From: a virus
Lineage: Duplodnaviria; Caudoviricetes
Strand: one strand, 5' to 3'
IMG/VR virus record: IMGVR_UViG_3300032330_002275
Span: 1 to 36,743 of that record
DNA: 36,743 nucleotides
Below, in pieces: positions 9,362 to 18,050 of the stretch; the stretch's first letter is position 1, and each line of letters opens with the position of its first letter. Below the pieces are notes generated by a model. The model saw nothing but the letters and a program-made list of their open reading frames with translations. It was not told where the DNA came from and made no database searches. The position numbers and the translations under genes were made by a program.

Positions 9362-10261
9362 GTGGCAAATTTTGAGCTGTTGAAAAAAGATGCCACAGGG
9401 TATCGTCCTATCGACAACAGGCACCCAAATTTTAATCTTTTGGATCCAGATATCGCAGAGGTGTTGCGGTATCTGTTTTATAGAAAAGCAATGAGGCACC
9501 TTTCTTTTACAAACAAGTTTAAAACAAGATCTGTTTTTAACAAAGATTTTGTTGACGATGTTGTGAACGAAATGTATCTTCTCTGTCTCAAAGGCTATAA
9601 ACCATCAAACCTAGACTTTTTATTCACTGATGCCATGAGAAGTCTTTTCGGAGACACTCGGATTAAAAAGCGACAACGTAAGGAAATTCCCTTTTCAGGA
9701 TTTTATGAAGACACAATTTCTGAGGATTTTTATGAGAAAAAAAACACAAATACTGCTCTTAATTTTATTTCAGAATTGAATGAAGAGAACTTCATAACAA
9801 AAGAAATTGCTATTCCTTATTTGAATAAGAAAAGGAAGGAGGTAAGAATAAGAACCTGCAAAAAAAAGTTAACACCAGAAAAGGAAGCTATGATCCTGGA
9901 ATGGGTTTTAAGAAATAGACCTTTTGTTGTAAATAGGCGCATATTTCATTACATAAATAAGGAAGCAAAGCACATAACTAAAGTCATTCCTCGCATCCCT
10001 TCTCCATACATGTATCAAAAATTTTATAGCTATGCCTTAATTGATTTTCCAAGATCCACTCTTGAGCTTGTCACAGACCGCACGGAGGAGATCCAGAGAT
10101 TTGTGTCCGCATGCAGAGCTGACACGCTCTATTGCTTAGACAGGGATTATGCCAATCTGATTTGCAGGCTAGAGGTGGCCGTTTTTGAGAATGAGAGGGT
10201 GCATGCACATTTGCACAAGGTGAAACACGCTCGAAAGGCCAAGCCATCTCACGCAACATAA
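9362..10261 (+). CDS. Uncharacterised protein, paralog B, sigma region-2-like motif
   Basis: 299 aa; VDDVVNEMYLLCL; shares KDxTGY, RHPxF, WVxxNRPF, ELVxDRT with paralog A; AAAGGTG SD; AT-richer. Confidence 0.7.
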   Translation: MANFELLKKDATGYRPIDNRHPNFNLLDPDIAEVLRYLFYRKAMRHLSFTNKFKTRSVFNKDFVDDVVNEMYLLCLKGYKPSNLDFLFTDAMRSLFGDTRIKKRQRKEIPFSGFYEDTISEDFYEKKNTNTALNFISELNEENFITKEIAIPYLNKKRKEVRIRTCKKKLTPEKEAMILEWVLRNRPFVVNRRIFHYINKEAKHITKVIPRIPSPYMYQKFYSYALIDFPRSTLELVTDRTEEIQRFVSACRADTLYCLDRDYANLICRLEVAVFENERVHAHLHKVKHARKAKPSHAT

Positions 10262-10288
10262 TGTACGTTATCAAAAGTTAAGGAGTTT

Positions 10289-10546
10289 TTGTCAATGACG
10301 TCGCCACCCTCCATCCCACCCTCCATCCCGCCTACACAAGAATTTCTCTTCATGGGCCGTCCCTTCACGCTCACAGACCAAGAGCACACGTGGGCACTCA
10401 TCGAGTGGATGGTTTGCCCGAGAAAATACACAGACGATTTTGAAGACCAAGAAGACCCCGTTGACCTGTGGGAACCAGCTCCTGAGAAAGTGAAAGAAGA
10501 CAACCTCTCTATAAAACAGACATTAAAGAAGACACGAATATGCTAA
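10289..10546 (+). CDS. Hypothetical protein
   Basis: AAGGAG SD; overlaps start of next gene. Confidence 0.55.
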   Translation: MSMTSPPSIPPSIPPTQEFLFMGRPFTLTDQEHTWALIEWMVCPRKYTDDFEDQEDPVDLWEPAPEKVKEDNLSIKQTLKKTRIC

Positions 10547-11082
10547 AATTGCTTTATGCTGAACCAAAACACCTGTGTCCATACAAGAACAACTCCCGTG
10601 TCCACTCCGAAGAGCAGATTCAACAGATAGCCGCCTCAATCAAAGAGTTTGGATTTCTCAATCCCATCCTCATCGACTCCAAAACCATGGAGATCATCGC
10701 AGGGCACGGTCGGCTGGATGCTGCTTTTAAGTTGCGCTTACAATCCGTGCCCATCATCGAAGTCTCACACCTCACAGATGCTCAAAAGCGTGCTTACACT
10801 ATCGCCGACAATTCCTTGGCACTGAATGCCACGTGGGACGCTGAACTGCTGAAAGCAGAGCTGTCTGATCTAGCCTTGGATGACTTCGACTTGTCCTTGC
10901 TATGTATGACAAACTTCCCCATCAAAGTCGAAGAGGACAGCAGTGAAGAGGGTGAAGAGGGTGAAGAGGAAGATGAGGAGGACAGTAAAGATGGCAAACC
11001 GACAAAAGGAAAAGTGGGGTCAAAAGACTTTGCTAACAAGTGCTCTAAGTGCCCTAAATGCGGATTTGAGTTTAATCCTTAA
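10540..11082 (+). CDS. ParB/Srx N-terminal domain protein with acidic linker and C-terminal Cys motif
   Basis: NNSRVHSEEQIQQIAASIKEFGFLNPILID, IIAGHGRLDAA, YTIADN; ends KCSKCPKCGFEF. Confidence 0.9.
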   Translation: MLKLLYAEPKHLCPYKNNSRVHSEEQIQQIAASIKEFGFLNPILIDSKTMEIIAGHGRLDAAFKLRLQSVPIIEVSHLTDAQKRAYTIADNSLALNATWDAELLKAELSDLALDDFDLSLLCMTNFPIKVEEDSSEEGEEGEEEDEEDSKDGKPTKGKVGSKDFANKCSKCPKCGFEFNP

Positions 11083-11145
11083 GCACTGCCAAATCCTTAG
11101 ACACCTCTCCTGCCTGTAAGTGCCCAATTCTATGGCTCAACCAAC

Positions 11146-11161
11146 TGGCACGCCTCTTGCT
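11146..11161 (+). promoter_or_regulatory. Sigma54 (RpoN) -24/-12 promoter
   Basis: TGGCACG-CCTC-TTGCT, consensus match, intergenic, 35 nt before ATG 11197. Confidence 0.75.
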
Positions 11162-11196
11162 ACACTCCATAGAGCGATTGAGCTCAAGGGGGATCT

Positions 11197-11538
11197 ATGA
11201 CACACATGCTAGACAGATGCCAATGCAAGAAATGCCAGTTTGATCAATCCGTTGAGACTGACGATGAGGACATTAAGTATGCCCTAGAAGAAGGCGTGGA
11301 TTACAGCATGTTGGCTCGTTATGCATGGCTGCGTGCAAAGTCCCCTGCCAACATTTCTGTGGGTCAAAATCTTGAAATGCATAGACTTTGGCGTGTTGTG
11401 ATCCCAGGCATCAACTTCCCGGATGAGACTGTGGAGCAGTATGAGGAGGCCGCATACAAAGCCTTTAGGTCCGGATACACCTGGGAAGACTGGCGGGCCG
11501 AGCTTGAAAATCAAGACTTTTTGTTGTTGAAGCTTTAA
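11197..11538 (+). CDS. Hypothetical protein with N-terminal CxCxxC
   Basis: 113 aa, AAGGGGG SD, downstream of sigma54 motif. Confidence 0.7.
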   Translation: MTHMLDRCQCKKCQFDQSVETDDEDIKYALEEGVDYSMLARYAWLRAKSPANISVGQNLEMHRLWRVVIPGINFPDETVEQYEEAAYKAFRSGYTWEDWRAELENQDFLLLKL

Positions 11539-11566
11539 AAATGCAAGAGTAAAAAACGTGAAAACG

Positions 11567-11607
11567 TGCTATCTTTGAGGTAGGCCAATCAACGGGGGTT
11601 GGTTGGC
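11567..11607 (+). promoter_or_regulatory. Extended -10 candidate and leader hairpin before resumed structural genes
   Basis: TGCTATCTT, then GCCAATCAAC-GGGG-GTTGGTTGGC stem with one G-U pair and no U-tract. Confidence 0.4.
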
Positions 11608-11636
11608 GTCTAACCCAATACCTCAAGGGTGCATCC

Positions 11637-12017
11637 ATGTCAAACCGCTCGTTTTTCCCACTCCGTGGTTCCTTAAATCGTGAAATCGTTAAGCTTTACG
11701 GCACAATCACCACCACAACATCCGGTGCCATTGGCTCCCAAACCTCCAAAGGCTTTACCGCTGCTCGCACAGCAGCAGGCCGCTATGTGGTTACGCTGCA
11801 AGACGCTTACATGAGCCTAGTGTCAGCATCTGTGAGCGTGCAAGGCGGTGCCACAGCCGCCTATACCGCTGGCAAAGGGCAAGTCCTGCTCCTCCGCTCC
11901 GTTTCGCCTACCACAAAAGCTTTGACCCTCCAGCTCACACGTCCAGACACACAAGCGGATGCCGATCCCGAGGATGGAGCGTTGCTTTATGTCGAAATCA
12001 CGTTGTCGAGGGTATAA
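11637..12017 (+). CDS. Probable virion (head decoration/accessory) protein
   Basis: T/A/G-rich beta-type protein, AGRYVVTL motif, first gene of resumed structural run. Confidence 0.65.
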   Translation: MSNRSFFPLRGSLNREIVKLYGTITTTTSGAIGSQTSKGFTAARTAAGRYVVTLQDAYMSLVSASVSVQGGATAAYTAGKGQVLLLRSVSPTTKALTLQLTRPDTQADADPEDGALLYVEITLSRV

Positions 12018-12020
12018 AAC

Positions 12021-12380
12021 ATGTTGATTATGAACAACAAAAAGGGCGATACCCCCATTGTGTCCAAAAAGCCTAGCTTTGCAGAGAAGCTTACAGCCGG
12101 CACTCCAGAAAACTTGACCAGCATGGCCGAAGGCGACGGCGAAGGCGAAGAGGATAGCGATGCCATGCAGGCGGCCTCTGATTTTTTTACAGCCATTGAA
12201 CAAAAGGACAGGCAGGCGTTGATCGATGCCTTTCGTGCGTTAGATATGGCCACCAGTTCCATGGAAGAGGAGGGCGAAGAGGGCGACGACGAAGAAGCCG
12301 AAGGTGAAGCTCCACCAAAGTCTTCCGGCAAAGATCCCAAAGCGCTTATGGCCATTTTGATGGCAAAGAGGAAGCCCTAA
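12021..12380 (+). CDS. Acidic hypothetical protein in structural operon
   Basis: Tightly packed ORF, E/D rich. Confidence 0.65.
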   Translation: MLIMNNKKGDTPIVSKKPSFAEKLTAGTPENLTSMAEGDGEGEEDSDAMQAASDFFTAIEQKDRQALIDAFRALDMATSSMEEEGEEGDDEEAEGEAPPKSSGKDPKALMAILMAKRKP

Positions 12381-13058
12381 ATGACAACCGCTCAATCCAT
12401 AGTGGATCAAGCTAGGCAAAGAGCGGACATGGTGGGGTCGCTTTTTGTGACAGATGAAGAGGCTTTTGGATATGTCAAACTTGCGTGGGCCACGCTCTAT
12501 GACCTTATTACGCAAGCCTCTCAAAACTACTTTTTAAACACCGTCGATATCACTTTGGTCAACAACCAACAGGACTACACTTTGCCAGCCGACTTTTACA
12601 AGATGGCTGGCGTGGACTTGACCTCTGGCGTTGGCAACCCTGTCACGTTGCGGCCGTTTAACTGGGTTGAGAGAAACCGCTACAAATACAGCGGCTTGAT
12701 GACAATAGCAGGACCACTTTACCGTTACAACCTTCTTGGCTCTAAGATCCGTTTTACTCCAGTGCCAGGATCTGGGACAGTCAAAGTGTACTACACGCCC
12801 GAAGTCGTGCAGCCAACATTGATTTCTTCCGAGATTGATATGGTGGGCTTTGGCTTTCAGGAGTATTTGATTTTGTATTGTGCGATGAAGATGCTAGCCA
12901 AAGAGGAGTCGGACACGACCCTCATTGTGCAAGAGCTGGCCGCACAACAGAAGAGAGTGGAGTCTATGACAGCGGATCAGGACCGCACATTTCCAAAAAC
13001 CGTTGTGGACGTGGACACCATCAACGACAACCTTTATATACAGACGTATGTGCGGTAG
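12381..13058 (+). CDS. Head-tail adaptor protein
   Basis: ARQRADM...FVTDEE, DYTLPADFYK, IRFTPVP, VYYTP; synteny. Confidence 0.75.
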   Translation: MTTAQSIVDQARQRADMVGSLFVTDEEAFGYVKLAWATLYDLITQASQNYFLNTVDITLVNNQQDYTLPADFYKMAGVDLTSGVGNPVTLRPFNWVERNRYKYSGLMTIAGPLYRYNLLGSKIRFTPVPGSGTVKVYYTPEVVQPTLISSEIDMVGFGFQEYLILYCAMKMLAKEESDTTLIVQELAAQQKRVESMTADQDRTFPKTVVDVDTINDNLYIQTYVR

Positions 13059-13067
13059 GGGGGCACT

Positions 13068-13367
13068 TTGGAACTTAAGAAGCTCCGCACCCCCGATGCC
13101 ACTCTAAATCGCATACAGGACAATATAGGAGATGTGCTCAAAGCGTTACAAAATCCCATTTTGGATGGTGTGCGTGTGACAGCAAATCTTGTGACTGGAG
13201 ACAACTCCATACCGCACAAGTTGGGTAGGAAATACCAAGGATACCTTGTAACAGGGCAAACAGCCGCAGCCCTCATATACGCTCAAGCAGGTGCAAGTGC
13301 AAATTCGGACAAGTTTTTAACTCTGAATGCCAGTGCACCCTGTTCTGTGGTGCTCTGGGTTTTTTAA
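13068..13367 (+). CDS. Small tail-associated protein
   Basis: NPILDG...IPHKLGRKYQGY...VLWVF; between adaptor and fibre. Confidence 0.65.
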   Translation: MELKKLRTPDATLNRIQDNIGDVLKALQNPILDGVRVTANLVTGDNSIPHKLGRKYQGYLVTGQTAAALIYAQAGASANSDKFLTLNASAPCSVVLWVF

Positions 13368-13380
13368 GGAAACCGGACAC

Positions 13381-14940
13381 ATGGCAACATCGAACATGGG
13401 CCTCACCCAACCAACACCCACCACAGCTACGGGTCCAGGATGGGCAACGTCTCTCAACACAAACTCTTCACTCATTGATGCGCACGACCACAGCGTTGGC
13501 AAAGGCGTGCCAATTGGTACGGCAGGCATCAACATCCAGGCGGATTTTAATGTCAATGGCAACCGCCTATCGACGCCCAAGAGTGTTGTTTTTCAAGACC
13601 AGTCGGTGTCTCTTGCGTCCACAGACGCTCGGGCCGTGTATTGCTTGAATGGCAACCTGTTTTTTGTGAATGGGTCAACGGACGTCCAAATCACCAACGG
13701 CACGGCTTTGGCAGGCACGCCTGGCAGCATCACGGGTTTGGTGTCTCCAGCATCGGTGGTGTTCACGGGTCAAAACTTCAGTTTCTTCTATGCCTCTAGC
13801 ACCTTTGCCGATGTGTCTTGTCGAAATGTAAACCTGTATCAGGGTGCCAATGCCATGAAGCTCACCTATGGTGGGACGTCTTCGTATACCTGCACGTTTC
13901 CAGGTGCTGTGCCTGCGCAATCAGCGTTGGTTGTGATGTCCACAAGTGGGGCATTGAGCAATGGCACATCTCCCACTATCGGAAGTGATGCCACAGGGCT
14001 TGTGACCTACAACTCTCGGATTGGGATCGGCAGCACAAGTGGTGTTGAGCCGACAGTTGCTGACAGTGGATACCTTGGAACATCTGCAAAGCCGCTTGGT
14101 TACACGTATATTGGCAGTGTGGAGTCTGTGCCTAAAGTCATTGACGGCACCCCATATGCGCTCACGGATGTGCCGACTTTCAAGACGAGTCGTGTGACAG
14201 GCCCCAAGCTGTCGGTGTCCATGCACACGCCAGATGCTCTCGGAACCGAATTCAATTTCACCTCGACAACAGACACGGCAGGCACGGACCCTGTGGTGTT
14301 CTTTTTAGCCAGGATCCGCACAGCAAACTGGTCTAGCAACCCCGTGGTGAATCGGAAGACGTTTGCTTGGTACAACAAGACCACAGAGCAGATGTCTTTA
14401 TCCGCAGATGGCACGCTGAACACAAGGAATGTTTCAGCTCAAGCTGTGACAGTGGACTCTTTGAGCACGGTGGGCACGGTGTCTTGTGGTGCTGTTGTGT
14501 GCAGCGGGTATGTGGGTGCAGGAGGTGTTACGGCCACAGGGCCCATCTCCACGACAAGTTATGCCACTGTTACAGGTAGCCTTTCAAGTGCATCCCTGTC
14601 TACGGGGGGCATTGTGGCATCGTCTTTGTCCACAAGTGGAGCCATAACAGCGAGTGGTCAAATCCAAGCTCCAAATGTGTATGCGCTTGGAGGTGTGTAC
14701 ACGGACAATGCGTATTTTAAGCAAAAATCATTGACTGCAAATACGGGTGGATTTAATTGGTTCACAACGCCTCATGGATTGGATTGGACGAAAATCGTGA
14801 GCGTAACGGCTTTTTATTATATATCTGCATCGTCCGAGTGGAATGAATGCACACAGTTGACTTTTAACAGCTCCAACGTTGGTGGCACTGCTGGATTGAC
14901 TGGTGTGAATGTGCGGATTCTTGTCACATACACAGCTTAA
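13381..14940 (+). CDS. Tail fibre/spike protein 1
   Basis: S/T/G rich, IDAHDHS N-terminal motif, C-terminal PHGL...ILVTYTA; ATG 13381 with AAGGA. Confidence 0.75.
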   Translation: MATSNMGLTQPTPTTATGPGWATSLNTNSSLIDAHDHSVGKGVPIGTAGINIQADFNVNGNRLSTPKSVVFQDQSVSLASTDARAVYCLNGNLFFVNGSTDVQITNGTALAGTPGSITGLVSPASVVFTGQNFSFFYASSTFADVSCRNVNLYQGANAMKLTYGGTSSYTCTFPGAVPAQSALVVMSTSGALSNGTSPTIGSDATGLVTYNSRIGIGSTSGVEPTVADSGYLGTSAKPLGYTYIGSVESVPKVIDGTPYALTDVPTFKTSRVTGPKLSVSMHTPDALGTEFNFTSTTDTAGTDPVVFFLARIRTANWSSNPVVNRKTFAWYNKTTEQMSLSADGTLNTRNVSAQAVTVDSLSTVGTVSCGAVVCSGYVGAGGVTATGPISTTSYATVTGSLSSASLSTGGIVASSLSTSGAITASGQIQAPNVYALGGVYTDNAYFKQKSLTANTGGFNWFTTPHGLDWTKIVSVTAFYYISASSEWNECTQLTFNSSNVGGTAGLTGVNVRILVTYTA

Positions 14941-14945
14941 GGGGC

Positions 14946-17900
14946 ATGATTATGGTCTTACAAAAGCAACTTATGCCTGTTGTGTGTCCTCAGGGCATAA
15001 ACACCAAGATAGGCAAACAACATTTACCCATACAAAGTGCAGTTGAGTTAGACAATGTGCGCTTGACTAAGCAAGGCGTTATTCAAAAGCGTTTTGGTTA
15101 CGATTCAATTTCTTCTTCGATTAGTGCAGATGAAACGCCCATAACTTTGATGTCATTTCAAGGCAAACAGCTCTTATGCCATACAATAAAGCCAGACCAT
15201 GAGGCAAGTTTGTATGGATTTGCCGAGAAAACTTCAGCATGGGAAAAGATAGGCGAGATTTCGCCAGCGACATTTGATTTCACTCCACTCATACAGGACT
15301 CTCAGTCCCAAAGTGAAGCCACCTGGGCTGTGGACAGTGGCTATTTGGTTGTGGGCTATATCCGCTCGGTGAATGGAAGTGTTTATGGGGCTGAATTTCG
15401 AGTCTTTGACTCTTCGACCCTGATCCCTATCCAAAATATGGTGCTGGATTACGGTGGGTATCCAACTGTTAACATTGCAGACACGTTCAAGTCTGTGGGG
15501 GCTAACCGTGCCCACGTTGTGGCGGGCGGTGGGTGCTTTTATTGCTTTTCGGTGTCTGGGAGCACGCTGTCTTGCAGTGTTTTTGTGGCATCCAACAAAA
15601 GGCTTTTGGCAACGGTGTCTGTGGCCACAAACCTCAATGCCACTTACCCCACATTTGACGCCTATTGGAACCCTGTAGCGCAACGTGTGCTGGTGGCCTG
15701 GAACACATCCACGCCGAGCATCCAGTTGTGCTACCTGCTCCCAACAGGTGCTGTGAACACGGTGTATGGCATCAAGACCATTGCCTCAACGAATGCCAAT
15801 GGGTGCATCACGGTGGGCCTGGTGCCAGAGTTGGAGCGGGATCCCACAATGGCATACCGCAACTCCAACCTCGTGTTGTGGAGTGAGCTTGGTGGCACAA
15901 CCTACATCAAGTATTCCGTTTTTGACTCACAATGGCTTGGTCTTCAGATAGGGACATCGTCCTTTCCCACAGGATCCCCCGTCCGTGCTTTGGCCATTGT
16001 GCCAACGGAAAAGAGTTATAGCGGCGTGTCGGGCCTGACCTCATTTTGGATTGCCGCCGAAAAGGCTTACACATTCGTCAACTATCAACCAACCCAAAAC
16101 TACATTGATGTGTATGACACCTCTTTTAACACGGGCATGCCTAGACTGATTTCGTGTGGCCTTGCCAGCCGTGCTTACAAAAAGTGGCTCCTTGTGGCCC
16201 ATGAGAGCCAACTGCAACCCACGTACTTTTTGCTGAACGTGGACACTGGCAGGGTTGTGGGGAAGACCTTGGCACTGAAAGCAGGAGGCATAGCAGGCTC
16301 CCTAAATCCTGTTGGGACTGCCGCATACACCCAAATCCCTTGCCCACTACCCGAGTGGGATGGGACGAGCACCATTTTGGGCATGTTGAGTGGAGTGAGC
16401 ACGGACAATGGCCAAATCGTGTCGCAAAGGGGTCTCTGTAAGCTTTCGACGGTTTGGGATGCTCAAGTATCCTCCGCTGAAGCAGGGAGCCTTGTTGTGG
16501 CCGGAAGCTTGTGTCACGTTTTTGACGGTGTTCATGTGTCAGAGGCGGGGTTCAATCTTTTTCCGGAAAACTGTTCAGCGGTCGTTTCCAATGCCGGAGT
16601 GGGCTCTCCCCACGGCCTGTATGGGCTCGCTGTCACGTATCAGTATCAGGATGCTCAAGGGGTGATCTGGGAGAGCTTGCCCTGGTTGGGAAGTGCAACG
16701 CTTGGGGCTTCTAATCACACCATCACCATCACTGTGACTCAACTCAACATCAGTTCCAAATCCAGTCTGACACCTATCTCAATCGTGGTGTATCGGACTG
16801 TGGCCAATGGGACGATTTACTACCGTGAAACGTCCATGGTGTCGCCGACGTTGGTTGATAAGACACAGTTCACGACATCGGTCGCAATCAACCCCCCTGT
16901 TACAGATACAGCAATCCTTTCAAATCCGTTGTTGTACACGACTGGCGGTGTTCTTGAAAATGACCAATACCCTTCTTGCAAGCATGCAAATCTGTATCGT
17001 GGTCGCATCATCTTTTCAGGTTTGGAAGACCAAAACCGCATAGCTTTTACCAAGACCTTTTTTGCAGGGACGGCCCCAGAATTCAATGCCACACTTACTC
17101 AAGACTTGATATCCGATGGAGAAAGCGTTGCCTACACGGCAACACTTGATGAGAAATTGATCCTTTTTAAACCAACAGGCATTTACGCTATGAGTGGCGA
17201 AGGGCCTTTAAACACAGGATTAAACAATGACTTTCAAACTCCTATTAGTGTCGCTACTGACGTTGGTAGCCTCAACGCTCATTCTTGCGTACTGTATGCA
17301 CAGGGCTTATTGTTCAAGTCAAACAAGGGCTTGTACCAGATTGACCGAGGAATGGCGGTCTCGTATGTCGGAGCTCCTTTAGAGGCATACAACGGATTGA
17401 CGATCACGGGCGGGTGTTTGATTGACGATGCCAACGAGGTGAGGTGGACGACGACGGGTGCAACGCTTGTGTTCAACTCATTTTTTAACCAGTGGTACAC
17501 GCATACAAACTTAGAAAGTGTGAGCAGTGTTGTGGTGTTAGGGAAGCACACGTTGGTTCGGACAGATGGGCGTGTTGTGAGAGAGACAAAGGCATTTAGC
17601 GACGATGCGTCTTGGGTCACATCGTCCATAACCACGGGTTGGATGCAGCCACAGCAGCAGGGTTTTGAGAGGGTGTATCGCATCCTTTTGTTGGGCGAGT
17701 TGTTGAGTGCGCACAAGTTGTCCGTGGATTTGGGCTACAACTTTGACACATATTTCAGTGAGACGTTTCAAGCCTCATCATCTTTGGTGTATCCGCTTTC
17801 TACTTTTGGGTCTTCCAATTATGGTGTTGGGCTTTATGGAGGGGCATATACGGGGCGTTATCAGCTCATGGTGTTCCCCTCCCTTCAAAAGTGCCAGGCG

Positions 17901-18047
17901 TTGAGGTTACGGGTTTACGATGGGACTGATGGTGGAGTGATGGGAGAGGGGTTTAGTTTGACAGGGATTTTGTTACAGGTAGGCGTCAAAGAGGGCACGG
18001 CAAAGGTGCCAGCATCGCAACGCATGGCAGGCTCAGGGAGGGCGTAG
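14946..18047 (+). CDS. Tail nozzle/tubular-B-like (DNA stabilisation) protein
   Basis: 1033 aa beta-rich, LDNVRLTKQGVIQKRFGY N-terminus, position before ejection genes. Confidence 0.75.
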   Translation: MIMVLQKQLMPVVCPQGINTKIGKQHLPIQSAVELDNVRLTKQGVIQKRFGYDSISSSISADETPITLMSFQGKQLLCHTIKPDHEASLYGFAEKTSAWEKIGEISPATFDFTPLIQDSQSQSEATWAVDSGYLVVGYIRSVNGSVYGAEFRVFDSSTLIPIQNMVLDYGGYPTVNIADTFKSVGANRAHVVAGGGCFYCFSVSGSTLSCSVFVASNKRLLATVSVATNLNATYPTFDAYWNPVAQRVLVAWNTSTPSIQLCYLLPTGAVNTVYGIKTIASTNANGCITVGLVPELERDPTMAYRNSNLVLWSELGGTTYIKYSVFDSQWLGLQIGTSSFPTGSPVRALAIVPTEKSYSGVSGLTSFWIAAEKAYTFVNYQPTQNYIDVYDTSFNTGMPRLISCGLASRAYKKWLLVAHESQLQPTYFLLNVDTGRVVGKTLALKAGGIAGSLNPVGTAAYTQIPCPLPEWDGTSTILGMLSGVSTDNGQIVSQRGLCKLSTVWDAQVSSAEAGSLVVAGSLCHVFDGVHVSEAGFNLFPENCSAVVSNAGVGSPHGLYGLAVTYQYQDAQGVIWESLPWLGSATLGASNHTITITVTQLNISSKSSLTPISIVVYRTVANGTIYYRETSMVSPTLVDKTQFTTSVAINPPVTDTAILSNPLLYTTGGVLENDQYPSCKHANLYRGRIIFSGLEDQNRIAFTKTFFAGTAPEFNATLTQDLISDGESVAYTATLDEKLILFKPTGIYAMSGEGPLNTGLNNDFQTPISVATDVGSLNAHSCVLYAQGLLFKSNKGLYQIDRGMAVSYVGAPLEAYNGLTITGGCLIDDANEVRWTTTGATLVFNSFFNQWYTHTNLESVSSVVVLGKHTLVRTDGRVVRETKAFSDDASWVTSSITTGWMQPQQQGFERVYRILLLGELLSAHKLSVDLGYNFDTYFSETFQASSSLVYPLSTFGSSNYGVGLYGGAYTGRYQLMVFPSLQKCQALRLRVYDGTDGGVMGEGFSLTGILLQVGVKEGTAKVPASQRMAGSGRA

Positions 18048-18050
18048 AGT

